Assembly: GCA_037447605.1 (NCBI GenBank)
Contig: CM074811.1
Coordinates: forward strand, 2,790,001-2,854,000
Length of the DNA: 64,000 nt
Direction: 5' to 3'
DNA from: Zygnema circumcarinatum SAG 698-1b
Taxonomy: Eukaryota; Plantae; Zygnematophyceae
Shown here: positions 23,671 to 38,400 of the stretch, piece after piece
Layout: every line of letters begins with the position of its first letter
Position numbering within the stretch: the first letter of the stretch is position 1
Position numbers and translations under genes: made by a program
Notes under the pieces: generated by a model
The model's input: only the letters and a program-made list of their open reading frames with translations
Told to the model about the DNA's origin: nothing
The model's database searches: none

Positions 23671-25443
23671 GCGAATGTGTCTTCACAAACGTTGCGCTTA
23701 TGTGTGAGAAGGAGAAAACAAAGGGGTGAATATCCAAAATAGAAGGGGGTCTGGGATAAATAGCCGAAATGGGAGGGTGGGATTTCAAAAAAACAAGGGT
23801 GGGATAACCAAAAGGGCATTCTCCTTTTTTAAAACTGACTTTTGTTAGTCTAATAGTCCTTTTTTTATTATGAAATCAGGCGATTCCAACATTTCATAAT
23901 CGCTTATTTAATTTTCTTTCTTAAATTATTTATTTCTTTCTTGAACATAAACGAGAAAACATACTGTTCGCCTCCTCCGTCATTGACTAGACTTCACTTT
24001 GTCTCCATGGGGGAGCGGACATGTAGAAGTACTTTGGGAAGAATTTTGCTTCTTGCTGCTGGGGCGGAGGAGATGGGGAGCTGTGAGAGAGAAATATTAC
24101 ATCGCAGATCACGAGTGAAAGTTTCAGCGGCGAAACTGTGTTTTTTCTTAGCCAGGCAACGGTCCACACGGTCGGTGGAAGCAGCAATAGGGTTTGAAAG
24201 ATTTTGCTCTCCGTCACAGTGCCGGATGAACTCTATCTGAGAGTAAGTAAATGATTTGACTGGCTTTTTGAAAGATCGGGAAGAAAACTTTTTAATTTTA
24301 GGATTCAGATGAAAGGACTGTCAGCTTTTGAGTATGGTTCAATGACCTCCCCCCCTCATCTCGATACTGCCCCCTTAAACTCCTTTTTAAGGTGTTCCAT
24401 ATGCCCCCACATCCCAGTAGATAAGGTCATCCAAAAAAGGAAATGGGCTGCGTATTAGAGACAGTGAATTTTTCGTACCTCAACCACGCCCTCGTGAAGC
24501 CATCTTTCTATCGTGTTCTCGAAGCGTTTGCTCTCATTTGGTCGCTCCATTGGCGCCGTCTCCCTCACCGCCACCCCTCTCTCGGCAAGCAACCTGTCAA
24601 CTGCTCTTGCCTGCCAACTGTACTAAAAGCAACTTCCGCAGCGTCCTGCACTACAGTGGATTGCCAAAGAAGGCGTCAGATGAAGATGAAAATAAAACAA
24701 AATGCTTCTGAACTGAATCTAGGGTCTTCACCAAAATAAGCAAGAACGGAGGGGCATACATTCATGAATTTTTTAACTGCATGTCATGTACTGAATCACC
24801 TGATTTGGATGCTGATATGCGCTGACATTCACTGAGACTGTTCCCTGGAGGAGGCCGTGCTGGCTCCAGTCTGCAAAACACATGCTCCGCAAAACAAGTT
24901 TCAAAAACCCCCCTTCAGGGCAGTCTGCTGCAGAACCCTAATCTGTCAACAGCCATCCACAATAGAAAAATCGACATCGCGAGAGTCCTCCGACTTTTCG
25001 ACGAAGCTCTACCGCCCTTTGCCTTGAAAGCAACACCGACCTGACAACGAAGCATCAACGAACAAAACTTGACCCTGAAGAGGGTCTGCGAAAGCGAGTG
25101 CCAGATTTAGGACAGACCATCCAAACATACACAACCTTCCCACTCACAGCAGCAGCAACAGCATGCGGTCCTCACCTGCAAAAGCATGGCGTCTGGCAGA
25201 CCCTACTCGCGAGATTCTCTCCAAATGAAGCGAACGCGGACGCAGACGGGCAATCCCACACAGGGAAAGACCCCAACCCTAACGTGCGAGACGCATCCAT
25301 GGCTGCCGCCATTCCTTCCTGCTCTTCCTCTCCCTTACCTCTCCCTCATCTTCTGCTATACCTCTCCCACTTCTCCTCTTCTCCCTATCCTTCTGCTCTC
25401 CCTCTCTCTCTCTCTCCTCTCTATCTCTCAATTTCTACTCTCC

Positions 25444-26122
25444 CTTCAAAACCATATATATTTTAATCAATTTTGCTCTCAAACTTCACGTAACGCTACA
25501 TTATCTACATTATCATTTTCAAGATCTTTATCTTTACGGTCATTCATCTTTTTCATGTTTAAGGGCTAGAGATTAGGGTTCAGGGGTTAGGGTTCAGGGT
25601 CAGGGGTTAGCACTCATTTCACGATGGCGACGCACCTCACGAGGAACGCCATGAAATGCATCAATCATAAAAACAGAATCTAAAACGTGAAAAAAACCAC
25701 CCCCGAAGAACCCATAAATAACCCCTTCTTTTTTCTTCTCTTGTTTCTTGTTCCTCCTGTTGAAGGAAAGGAAAATGGCATTGATCTCACGATGGCGAGG
25801 CCATCAAATGTATATGGGCAGAATCAGTATGGGAAAGGAACCACGAGGAACTGGTCGCAAAGGACCTATTGGACCTGCTGAAGCAACGGGGAAACTTTCA
25901 TTGAACTCGCGATTCAGCATTCAGCATTCAGCCCACCATTCAGCAAGCATGAGCAGGCCCTGCTGCACGGACGGACACATCCGTCCGACCGTTGGGTCTG
26001 TAACGGTCGGTTGTACGGTACCTATAGACCGTACCGTACGGCATACGAGCCCATAGAAAGCTGCCATGGCTTTGGCCATCATTTTCCCCAACGTCCGCAT
26101 GCAACACAAAAGGTGCAGTCAT
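25444..26122. repeat. Dispersed ~600-bp repeat, copy 2 (direct copy of 14811-15411), upstream of CABIN1
   Basis: See copy 1. This copy also carries a telomere-like tract at 25561-25611. Confidence 0.85.
25561..25611. repeat. Degenerate telomere-like (TTAGGG/TTCAGGG) tract inside repeat copy 2
   Basis: gattagggttcaggggttagggttcagggtcaggggttag; absent from the aligned position in copy 1. Confidence 0.55.
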
Positions 26123-26461
26123 ACAAGCAGGCTGAGGGAGAAGCAAAGCAAGGCGTAAGGACATGCATACAGGACTGTGTTTTACAGCGCCTACTACAGT
26201 ATTTTGAAGTAGGAAATTTGAGGCATAGTATTGTTCTCCCAGTCTTTGTGGAGCTTTCCTGCTCTCTCAGGTTGGATGTTGTTTTTTCTCTGTTTTTGGT
26301 GTTGTATCAGATAGTTAGTTCGACAGCAGGTGCTTGCTGGAGTTCATGGTGCCAGCTGGTACTTGAAAGTTGAAGCCTTGCTCTCCACGGCTATGCTCTG
26401 GACACTGAAGGGAACAAGTTATCGATTTTGAGCGCTTGCAACGCACCACATCGCAATCAGC

Positions 26462-29400
26462 ATGGTAAGTGAAGCAAGCGCTTGATATGTGAATCCCTGA
26501 TTGCTGCTGCTCTAGTTCCAGCATGCCACATGAGGAGGGCATTAAAGCTTTGTTATTGGTGAGGCTAATCTACGACTGTTGAAGCAAGGGTATACAAACA
26601 AGCAAGGGTCTTGGGAAGCCTTATGCCAAAGCCATTGAAGTTTTTGACACTTCAATCATTATAGTGCCGGTGGTTCAAGCATTGCACAATTCAATTCATA
26701 TTAAAGTTCTGAACATTGTTCATTCTTCGCTTGATGACAGTTGTCCATTGCGGCAATAAATGATGAAGCTGTTGCCAATCGCTGGGAACCTTTGGCTCCG
26801 ACAAAGGAGGCTCAGGTGAGGAAACTTGTGTTCTTAACTCTCGGTTTGAAGCCACTAGGTTGTCTGCTTAAAAAAAGAAAACGGTCTATTCAACTCGAAT
26901 GGTGGAGAAAGTGGAAGAGAGGATGTGCATCCTTTTATTGTCTTTGAATTTTCATGATATTCATATACTCAGGCTTACGCGAATAGCAGAAGGAGAAGAT
27001 ATTCTTACATTTTATGTCGTCTGTCTGGTATTCGACTACCGGCACCAGGAGACAATGCTTCTTACCATGTATCAAGAGGCCCTACGCCAAATGCAAGAAG
27101 GAAAGCTGCACGAAGCGCAAGCATCTTTGGAGTCCGTTTTGTCCAACCCACTTTGTCAAGAAGCAAAGGCAAGTACAGAGTATCGTTCTTTTATTTTGAA
27201 ATTCACTTTTTGGTTGGTAAATTTAAAGCCTCAAACGGTTCATGCTGTTCTCGTTGGCCTTCAATAATGCGAGATATTTCAGGCCTCTCCGAGTTGTTAT
27301 TATGGATATAATCGCAGGTCAATATTTGGCTGGAACAATTCGTTATATAGTGAGCATAAGTTAATTTTAGTGTCTACTTTTCTGGTGCAGGGAGACCAAC
27401 TTGGTTCAGCAAATAGTCTATTACAACTAAGGTGCCTGATGCTACTCTCCCTTAGATTCCCATGTTTTCCCCAAGTAGGTGCAATTGTCGGAAAAAGGAT
27501 GCTTAGAAATGTTTGAATCAGTGAATAGGATAGTTCATCGTCGACAGGAACTTATGACAACGGGGGAGGAGTTTGAGTCAAACTCTCCTGTGGCAGGTTC
27601 AGACGATCAATTTGCTCGTTACCCCGTAGATCCTAACGTTTTTTTTTTTCCCTCTCATCAATATTGATGATCTATGCAATCTTTAAAACACTTTCTTCAG
27701 AATCATCCGAGTTTTCGTTACCTTAGGTCACCTCTTTTTATCGCTGCCTGAATCATCGGGTTGGTCTGTGCTGGAGTAGGTTCTTGGCACTGAAGAATCT
27801 GGGAGAGATCTTCAGGCAAAGAGGGGCAGTACATTCAGATGACTCGATCCGCTGCTACCTTGAGGCAGCGTCCATTGATGGCAGCGACGTCGTTCTCTGG
27901 CATCGGCTGGGGATCCAAGCATGCCAAGCTGGCCGACTAAGCATTGCAAGGAGCGCATTTGAACAGGGTGTGAGGTGTAGCCCGAAACATTGTAAGAGTT
28001 AAATCCACCTTCACTATAGGTTTATGGTTCACGGTATTTTGCTCTCTTCATCATTTCTGGTGTGTGCATTCATGCATGCACTGGATGAACGGGACCAGGT
28101 GTATGACGCCTTTTTGGCGGTAAAGTTATGGAGGGATGTCCTAGTGGATAGCTATAGCAACTCGACAGGAAGGTTAGGATGTTTCAGCCTGAAATTTCTG
28201 CCATTTTGCTACATGTATTTCACCCTTGAAAGTTTGAACGCGACTGGTAAATATATCCATGGTTGACATTCCGCTTCTTTGATTGTCCCAGAGAAAGGTC
28301 ATGTGAGGATTTCTGGGTGGGTGGAAAGGAGAGGTTTGGAGCTTGTCATGCTGGCGGTTGATGGGTTTGCTGTTTTTTCGGAAAGCACTGCGGCTCATGA
28401 GTACAATATTGGTTGGTTTGTGTTTCATTAATGAGCTCCGTCGCCCCGTTCTGGTATCGCTTTTGTCTGGGATCAATTCATGTTTAAGCTGTCGCTGAAA
28501 AACTGGTCGTTAGCTTTGTTTGTTGATGTTTATGGTCCAGTTTTCTCTCCATCTCTCCCTCTGTCTCTCTGTCTCTCTCTCTCTCTCCCTAACTCAGCAG
28601 TTGCGGGGGATGTCCTTGCCAGGGGGTTGTCTGCAGAAGTTAGCGGAGGTATTGATAGCCATAAGGGATGAAAGAGCATGTCAGGATATTGCAAGGCAGA
28701 CGCTTGCTCTGTGCCCGGCTCACCCACGTGCAGCACAAATCAAGTCCACCATTGATTTACATTTGACATGTGGTGCATCAGACGAACATACTATGAGTGA
28801 GCAACAGAATGAGTACGGTTCCTTAACTTCAAAAGTGAAGGGGAGGGATAATGAATCTCATTCAGACAGGAAGTTGAAGATGCATGCTGGTAAGAACGAA
28901 AGAGGGATAAGAAATGGAGAGGAAAAATCTGCTAATGCTTCAGTCAGAGCTGGACAGCAGAGCAATAATGAACGCAGCATTGGCGATGTAGGAGGAGACA
29001 GGGTTGAGCATAGAAACGAGTACAGGGAAACCGTGGTCAAGGTGAGGCAGCCGACGCTGACACCTAGAGGTTTGGATGTACTTGAAGCACAACTGATTGT
29101 CTCTTCAAGGGAAACTGGGGTGGAGGGAGTCCAAATAACAGGAGCAGAGAACGTAGAACAGTTTAGCCACAATGCCCATTTAGCTGAGTTGCAACTGGAC
29201 AATGCGTCATGGCCCGCTATAGTGACTGCAGTTTACCAATATCTGGAGGATGGAGTGGAGAGAGGAGCTGGAAAAAGGGGATTGAATGACGATCTGGAAG
29301 CAACTGTAAAGTTCGGAAGTTTTTGTAAAAAAAGTGAGCATGTAGGAGATCGCTTGATCAGCGGTATTTGTCAACCGACGAACGCTCCTGGTGATAGAAA

Positions 29401-32400
29401 AGGAGCGAGTGTAGAGAAGGAGAAAGTGAATGAAGTCGGGTCGATACTCGCCAGAAGTCATTTTGCTTCAGAAGTGGTAGGAGGCAAAACAATTAGGGAA
29501 TGTGAACCCGGCCATAGTGTTTGTGAGGGTGACTTAGTGCCTCAGCTCCGCCAGAACGGATTTGAAGTAGACCCGGAGAGAAGGAGACTAGATTTTTTTG
29601 ACGAAAAGGACGTGAACGAGGGAACCGTTGAACATACATTAAGTGAAGGGCCTGCAGCGGACAGAGAAAAGGTGGAAGTGGATGCTGTCTTAATAAGTGA
29701 AGGAAAGAACGTGGTGGACGTGCAAGAGGTCCGAAGTCAGCAGCCGGGGTTTGAATCCATTAGTGAAGGACATACTACCGTAAACCTACAGTCTAATGAA
29801 CTTGTTAAAGTGACAGTAGTGCCGGGTAAACATCATGAGGAGGTAGGTATGGATATCCAGCAGACTCTTGAATCAAAAAACATAGACAGCATTGACATCC
29901 AGGGAGCCTGCTCATTAGGGACTCCAGCGAGAGTCCATTCCATCGAAGTGGGTGTGGCAGAAGATTGGCATTACATGAGGGAAGGAACAAATGATGGAGT
30001 ATTGGATTCTGAGCGACGGAGGGCCAGAGGTGTGAGGAGTGTTAGTTGGGGAGGGATAGAGGGGAGTGCAAGAAGAACACGACGACAGGTGAGAAACAAG
30101 GAATTGGAAAAGGAAAGGGAGAGAGAGGAAGCTCAAAGGAGGGAGAATGAGCTGAAAACTTCTGTTGGAAGGGTACAAAAGGTACTCCAACCATTCATAA
30201 CACGAAGTGATGGGGTAGAGAACAGGCTGGAGATAGAGGCGAAAGAGATGAAACAGTATCCGTCAGGCACCACTCCCGCAGCTGTGCTTGAGCTGAATGG
30301 GATAGATGCAGCTAGTAATCAGCAGAGGACTGAAAATGTGGACACTGAAGAGGCTGGCTTTAGATCTTCAACAGATCCTGGAGGATCTAGGGATATAATG
30401 AGCTTTAAGGTACAACATGATGAACGGAGCAGTCTAATGGGAGTTGCAGGATCTTTACTCGAAGCTTTTGCTGCTCAATCTGAAGTAGTTATCAGCAGAA
30501 AGACTGCAACAGAAATCGCCAGTATTGACAAAAGGATCAGATATTCTGCGGACGAGAGGAGTCTCACTTGCACCGTGTACTTGGCAGAAATTTATATAAG
30601 CTTAGCTGCAACTGCTCATTCTGGAGAGCAAGACTCATTTCTAGAGAATGCTGCCTTTTGGTTAAATAAGTCAGTACAAGCTTTCGCGTCGCTAACTGCT
30701 TCGGCAGGAAGTGGTGCTTCGGAACAAGGAGGCGAAACAAATACCACTGATGAGCAGAGTTGCCCCTCAGTAATCAGCAAACCAGCAGTTGAAAATGACA
30801 AAAAACGGAAGTTCTCCGTTTCAGCAAGCGATGGGATCGACAAAAGTCAATCCGTAAAAAGGACAAGAGCAGCAATTGGAAATTTCGAGGCCTTGAGAGA
30901 GGAGCTTGGGCCTTGTACTGAACTTTTGTTTGGCAACTTCTGGCAAAGACAGGATTTAGATAGCACAAGGGCAACGGCGTGTCGAAATTCAATAGAGACA
31001 AGTAGGGAGATGCTACATGACTGGGAGATTTGGGCACGCTTTTACTGGGCTTATGGGTGCTGGAGCATTCTGATGGGAGAGAGGAAAACAGCAAAAAACC
31101 ATTTTCAGCACTGCCTTGCAGTTCTTGAAAATGCGGATGCTAATTTTATGGCACTTCAGGCCACTTTTGCGACTTGTAACAAAGCAAAGCCTGACAAAGA
31201 TGAGGTAGAGGCGATGGAAGGTGTCTCTGTTCCTGCCAAACAGTTGGATCGTTCAGAGGAGCAGAGTATCAACAATGGGAGTGAAGATCATGATGTGGCT
31301 CATGTGGAAGGCCCATGGACAAGGACTGGTTTTTTGAACATGCATGAGGGGGGACTGGATTCTTTAGATTGTAGACCTAAACGGCTCTCAGTAATCCGCC
31401 TTGGAGCATGCCAGGTGGACAATGTCATCTCATATACTGCTGTACAGGGACAGCTGCTCTGCTTAGACATAGAGGAGTTAGTGGCCATAAAAGCTCCAGT
31501 TATGCTGAATGAAGGAAAGCATCAGGAAATTGTGTCTTTGCTGACACCGGTGTTCTTTCCGGGAAGAGCAAGTAAGTTGCCAGCTTCCAGTCAAGCCCTG
31601 TTCACAAGGGCTTCCGGACAGATGAGAAGACATCCCACGGGAAGAAAGCAGCTCTTGCAGGGATTGAAGCTGCTTGCCAAGGCATGCCTTCAACTGCAGA
31701 TTCCAGATTGGCTGCTTGCCCTCGAATGCCATGAGCAGATTCTTTCGCAGCTTGTTACTCCTATGAAGGAGGAAGAGAGGGCAGAGGGAATAGAGAGCGA
31801 GACGGCTAGGAGATGGACGCTTTGGACAGAAGCGCTGGGGAGAGAGAATGGTGGGTTTGCAGGACTGGCAAGATTTCAATCACGCAGGGAGGATGAGCGT
31901 AAAGTGGAGTTCAATGTAAAGAAGAGGATGGAAGTGGCACGTGCGGTCAATAGATTATGCTGTTGCACTCATAGTTTTTTCCAAAAGGTATGTTCCTTAA
32001 TGAATTTTGCACATTGTAAAGCCTAGCAATATGTTTAGGCATTTCAGTGGTTTATGGAGTGACATTTCTGTTCTGGTATTTTTATTCTCTTGTACTGATG
32101 AGTTACTTGCAGATGCATTACTTTAGTCTCTTCAGCCAAGGCAAATTGAGAAGTAGCCTCTTTTAAGTTTTTCTTCGTCCTTGAAAGGATGTCAATGATG
32201 AATTGACAATTCCTACAACTTGACTGATTGGTCAAGCATAGCATGCTACTTATCTCAATAGGACGCCCACAGGTATGTAGCCTAGTATCGACACGTGTTT
32301 AGCCTAATGTATTCGAGTATATTAAGCATGTAAGGAGATTGATGATGCATACATACTGAGAAGGTGAATTCTTTTCCTGTGCAGGTTCATTCGGACGGTG

Positions 32401-35400
32401 ACCAACACCTTTCTGTTTCGTTGATCAAAAGGTTGCAGGAGCTTTTGATGATTTCTATGGAAGTTGTGTCTGGAGAGCTAGAAAATCCTGACATTGGCAG
32501 AGAAGGTTCTTGCGGTAGTGAAAAGAGAGCAACGGCGATTTCTACACTGACGGATGCGGCTGTGACTTTCTGCCAACTGGAGCAGGCCAATGCCTCAGTT
32601 TCAGTAAAGGAGCAGGTGTGTGCATGAAACGTCCACGTTGACTTCCTGACCATTTCGAGGGGAGGGGGAGAGGGCGAGAGGGGGAGAGGGCGAGAGGGGG
32701 AGAGGGGAGAAGGAGAGTTGTGAGAGAGGGAGAAGGAGATATCTGAGAGAGGGAGAAGGAGAGATGTGAGAGGGGGAGAGTACCTAAGTAACCCTTGGGT
32801 TTGAGCAGGTTATGTCTTTTATTAGCCTGTCCTTTTTTAAACAGTGTTGAGGTTTTATCATCACGTATGGATGATTCCAAGTTGTTCAGTTGTACGAACA
32901 AGGAAAATTCTATGCCCATAAACTCTAAAAAGCTAACTCTAAAATTTAACGATTTTTTGCTTTCCACCAGGTGGACCTTTTGGAATCAATGCATTCTTTG
33001 CTGGCCCAGTGGGGGCTCTGCTGCTCTGCTCGCGGAAGCATGGTGGGACCGGGGGGTTTTCTTAAGAGCTGTGTCCGCTTTTTATCTTCTCTCAAGTGGA
33101 ACATGAAGGTGGAGAATATAGGAGCGAGTAATTTAGGAAGCGAGGTAGAGCAGCTGGAAACCAAGACACGGCCAAGGGGTAATGTGAATGTCGGTGAACC
33201 CACTAGAGAGAGTTTCGCAACCGTAGAAGGGAATGTCGAGAATATGGATGATAGGGGGCCAGCAGGAGAGAAACTGCTGGAGAAAACAACAAATGTTGTG
33301 GAGGTAGAGGTTTTGGAAGGCTTCTGCCAGACAAGAACTGGAGCAGGTATAGAGATTGTGGAAGGCAGGAAGTGGGCACAGGATGATAGGGAAATGGTGC
33401 TTGAGGATCAGTTGGAAGAATGTGATAGAAAGAAACATAACCAAGGCAATCAAAATCTTGAAAGCTGGTGGGGTGAAGGCGTGGACAGAGATAATGTAGG
33501 CAGGGAAGGCAGAGAAGATAGTGAGGGAGTCAAAGCATCTTATAGACATAATATGATGAGCATGAGTGAAGAAAAGAAAAAGGGAAGGAGAAGGCGATCG
33601 GGGGGAAATGAAGCGGTGGATGAGGATCCTGAAGAAAGGCTGCAGGCTTTAATCTCGCAGAATTTAGGCCAGTGCTTTTATTGCCTCTATAAAATGAATC
33701 TGACAGGCTCTGGGGAACTCACTAGTCCCGACGGATTAGAGGTGCATGATAATACCGGTGATCTCATCTGCAATACGAAAAAAGAAGCAGCTGAACTGCT
33801 CCATTTTTTGTTACCATATACGCGGATGTGTTCGGTGAGTGTTACATTCGATCCGCCCGTACAGCTCGTAGCCGTAATATGTCATATCCGTCATTTGTAA
33901 GATATTGGGATGCTATTATGGATGTTCTACCTTGCTGTCTTTGCACTATCTCAACCTCCGTTGTACAGAATGATAGTTTTCGACCCCAATTTCGTGCCGT
34001 GGAAGTACTATTGAACCAAGCGAACTGGACTTACTTTTATTGGCAGTCTTCTTTGTGTCCTGTACGTATTAACGAAAGGTTGTTAATTCCCGAGCCTCCT
34101 CTAAGAAGCTCACTCAATGAGTAGTTTATGAGAAGCTTACCCCATTATGAGATTTCGTGTTTGGGCAGGAATATCACTTGAAGCGTCTTTCTCCCGTTTT
34201 CCGTAATATATATGCGTTTTTTTCCAATCCTCCATTCAAAGAGTCGTTGAATTTTATAGACTCGTATCTCAATGATGCTGATGTGGATGAAGAAGCCATG
34301 GCCATTGGAGAATGTGATGTGTCTGAGCGGCCGAGAGGCCTTCAAGGGAAAGTTGGAAATTCAAATCATCCTTTGGATGGGCATGTTAGAGGATCGGATA
34401 ATGGGGGCATAGCGACGACCATGAGAGAGGTGAATTTGAAGGAAATACCAGGCATGCATCTTGAAAGGCAAAGTGAGTTAAATCCAACGCAGGAAAATAA
34501 CCAAATTCAAGAAGGCGAGGAGAGGAGGGCGCCGATTGTGGCGATTCCCGTCGCAGGTAGAGAGAGTGATGTGGGCGTAAGCCCGAGGGAGGAGACAGTT
34601 GATATGGCATCGGGTGGTAGAGGGCAACAATTAAACGGGGGGGTAGGAGAAAGAGAGGAAGGGATGACAGATGGTCCTATTGGCAGAGTCAAGGAGAGCA
34701 TAGCTAGCGGTGAAACGTCGGCGTATAAGGAAGTGCATGAGAATCTCTACGATCTCGTTGCTCGTGTTGAGAATCTGAGCGTGTCAAGTGAACCTCCGGG
34801 CTTCATTCTGACAAAAGAAGGGGCTGCACGTGTGCAACACAATGCGGGCATATGCAAGTGGGTGCTATGTTGCCACCCGGAGAGATATGACATGTGGCGC
34901 AGCTTAGGACGAATTTACGACGAGGTATGTATTTTCTTCTCCTTCTTAAAGCCCCCGATTGTGTTGTGCTTTCATCTGTTTTGCAGCAACGGAAGGATCA
35001 TGCACCTAGGGGTGTGTATTTCCTTACAAATGTTTTGTTCTACATTTTCTACAATCTGGAAGGTCCAGCTTCTACCAGCTGAAGTTTTGCACGCTCGAGT
35101 TTTGCACTTCCCATCCTCTGCCTGCCGAAAACATTGGAGAGCAACACCTCATTATGTAAAGAGTCAATGCACAAGGGTTTCTGGCATGAATAATCTCTTG
35201 CTAAAGGACCACAAAGGTGGACTAAAATGAAATACCTTCACTGTCGGCGTTGTAGGAGGTGAATTTCCTATTGAACGATGGGAGCAAACAGATGAGTTGT
35301 GAGGATTGGCACATGGACAACTCCCTTTCAGCGCGCATTGTCAGCAGTCGCCGACGATCGCTACGAGCTTTTTTGCAAAGTCTGAAGTTAGCCCAAAACG

Positions 35401-38400
35401 ACGAAGAAAAGGTAAGTCCTTTGCCTTTGGAAAGTGAAGGCCCAGAAGATTAGATGAAGCGATTGTGCATTCAATGCGAGAAGTGGGCTTCTTGTAGTGA
35501 GCAGAGACTTGTTGAAACTCTACTAGCGAGTTCGTGATGTTTTGGAAGATAATTGTGGTATGACGAATTTCTCTGATTTTTAGAAGCAGCTTCGTATGTG
35601 AAGACGCTGAAGATGCTCTTTATGGCCCTTCTTGGCTACTGTATCAGCTCTCTTGTGAAAGTTTGAGCTCTTTTTTCATGTATGAGGACCTCACAATTCG
35701 ACCTGCTACATTGTGCTTCCAGGGGGAGATCCACAACCTTCTCGCGTTTGTGTACTATGGTGCGATTCAAAATGTGGCCCCTATTTACAATCAACGGCAT
35801 CTCTCTCCCTCTCGCGATGCAACTTGGCAGAGGATGTGCACGGAAGCTTTCCGTCATTTTACTGCTGCATGTGCTCTCAAGTAAGACAGCCTCTATTTAG
35901 AGGCCAAAAACTGCTGCAGCATTCTTCCCACGGGCATTGCATGCTACTTTCATGCTTACTTTACACAAACAAACAGCTCGTTTGGAAAGAGCCCATATGT
36001 TAAACTTGCCGTTGATTCTTTTTTTTCAATTTTGGTTACTTAGTGAAGCAGTTTTCTTGCACGATAGTTGATAGTTTGGTTTTTTAGTTTGATTGACATC
36101 TGGCATGGTCTGATTGGTCTGCAGGCCTGATTGGATACAGCAGCTGTACTTGGGCAAGTTGTGTGAGAAAATGGGCCGCCCTCCAGCAGCAGCTTTTGAG
36201 CATTATCGAATGTCAATAGAGCTCTATCCATTGGGAGTGGACAATCTTTATCGCCTTCATGCATCGCGCTTGAAGCTGCTTTGCCGGAAAAAGTCAAAAA
36301 TGCCTCTGGAAGACATTCAGGTGGGCAGTAGTGGGCTTAGATGGTTTTCTGGTCGTATGAAATTTTGTGCCAGTCTGTTATGTCTACTTCGCTCAATATC
36401 TTTAGCTATTAAAGCACTTTGTTTTAGAATAAAGATCGTAGCTCTGCTTTTTTGCTTTGAGAGTGATAGACTCTCAAACGAGAGAGTGGCCTGCTTTTCC
36501 TGAGCTTCAAGTTGGAGCTAGATGGCCTTACCTTTCTGCAGCTCTATATGATCATATGGTATCAACTGTGATCAACACTCAGACATATTGAGGTTGAAAA
36601 TGATTTTATGTTTGGGTGGAACTTTTGGAGTATGTGTTGTTTCAGATATTGGCAAGACACTCGTTCTTTCCTGAGACAGCACGCAGAGTGGAAAATCTTC
36701 TTCATGCGTCGATTCAGGACAAACTTCGACATCGTACAACTCTACAAGCAGATGCAGTGGGAATTGATGACAGACAAACAATCATGAGAGAGGTGAACGA
36801 AGGAGTAATGCATAAGGAAAGTTCAGACCTTCAAGTGGAGCACATTGGAGAGCAAGAACATCGAGTGAGAGAAAGTGAATTACAAGCAGAAAATAACCAT
36901 GTAATGAGGGAATCCATGGAGAAACAAAGAGAAAACCGTCAAACTGAAAGGAACGAAACGGAGAGGAAGGACATCCCAATGGAGCCAGAAATGCAGGAAA
37001 ACACTGAAAGTGATCAAGGCCATTATTCACAGATGCAGAGAGATAGGGATGCGGGAGAGTGGAGGGAGGAGATCGGTACGGATGAATCTACGGTGCAGGA
37101 GGCTTGGTCTCTCCTCTTTGGTGACTGTTTTTCTGCAATAAGGTCCTGCTTTGAGGGAGAACTTAAACACTTTCATAAAGCTCGATACTGTTTGGCTCGA
37201 GCACTCGTGGCTCGAGGAGGAGCAGGAGATTTGGAGCAGGCAAAAGAGGAGCTTGGGTTTTGCTTCAAGATGGCTAAGTCTGGTTTTGGTATCAACATGT
37301 GGGAGATTGATCACTTCAGAGGAAAGAGCAGGTGAGCCTGGGATACTAATAGACAGTAATCTCCATATGTCTAGATTATGGAATGGAGGGGCTTTTTGCT
37401 CTACTCCATTTCCAGCTTGACAGCTACGGAACTTCAGATTCTCCTTCTCCTCCTCCTGATAGCCCTCCCGCTCTCCCTCTATATCTCCCTTCACTGATGC
37501 ACTACCTTCACCTAAAAAGATACAAAATCCGCTGCAAGCTTTGATGCCCATGTGTGCTGTATGGAATCAGGGAAACTGTTAAGGCGTGTTGCTTGCCCAA
37601 AATTGAAACCAAATCAAACCACACCAAACCAAACCAAACCAAACCAAATCAAAAGCTTCAATTCTGACAGATGATTCCATCTCTATGTGGCTGTTGCAGA
37701 CGCAAGATTGAGGTTGCCATGCGACAGGGTTCCGGAACTGGCCAAAAGCGCGTGTATGAAGTTGGAATGCGAGAAATATCGCGTAAGTTTGTGAGCTGTT
37801 TGCGGAAGTATTTACTATTCTACATCGAGCTTTGCGAGAAAAATAGAGATCTCGTCACACTAGAACGAGCTTGTACTGTCATTCACAACGACCGAAAGGT
37901 GCCTCCCTCTTTTCTTCAGATGTTAAGTTGTGCTAGTTAGCCCCTCAGCTCCAATGAATCTCACCTTTGCTCATGTTTGTATTCATTTCGACTTATGTTA
38001 GTGCTGCTCAACAGGATTTTCACGTTTCTGCATCGCGGCTTTGACGTTGGTTTCTAACACTTTTGTTGGTAGGTATACCACAGAGTCTCATTTGTCTGCT
38101 AATTTAGGAGTTAGGTGAACCCTTCATAGTGACACCTTTTTTTTGGCTTTCTTTGCAGTTTTCACGTTTCTTGCGAGATGTGGCTGTCCTTTCTTTGGGT
38201 CGCTACATTTGGGCACTCGTTTCTGGTATCAACAGAACGGTCAGATTCAAAAAAGGGCAGCAAATACACAAATCGATTGCAAGCAGGCCAACGGAAGAGA
38301 GGCCGGTTACAGGAGAAGGAGAAAGCAAAGAAAATTCGGAGTTTTTGGATGAGGAGACTGCTAAGGCTCGCATGGCTTCCTTGAATGCTTTGTTTGAAGT

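Noticed and set aside
23720-25300. Possible MITE/MULE end (gggtgaatatccaaaata) and degraded coding sequence
   Set aside because: I could not find a matching inverted terminus or any protein motif.
7100-25611. Functional link between TELO2 and nearby telomere-like tracts
   Set aside because: The tracts are short, degenerate and also occur far away (58761). TELO2 acts as a PIKK chaperone, so the proximity is not informative.
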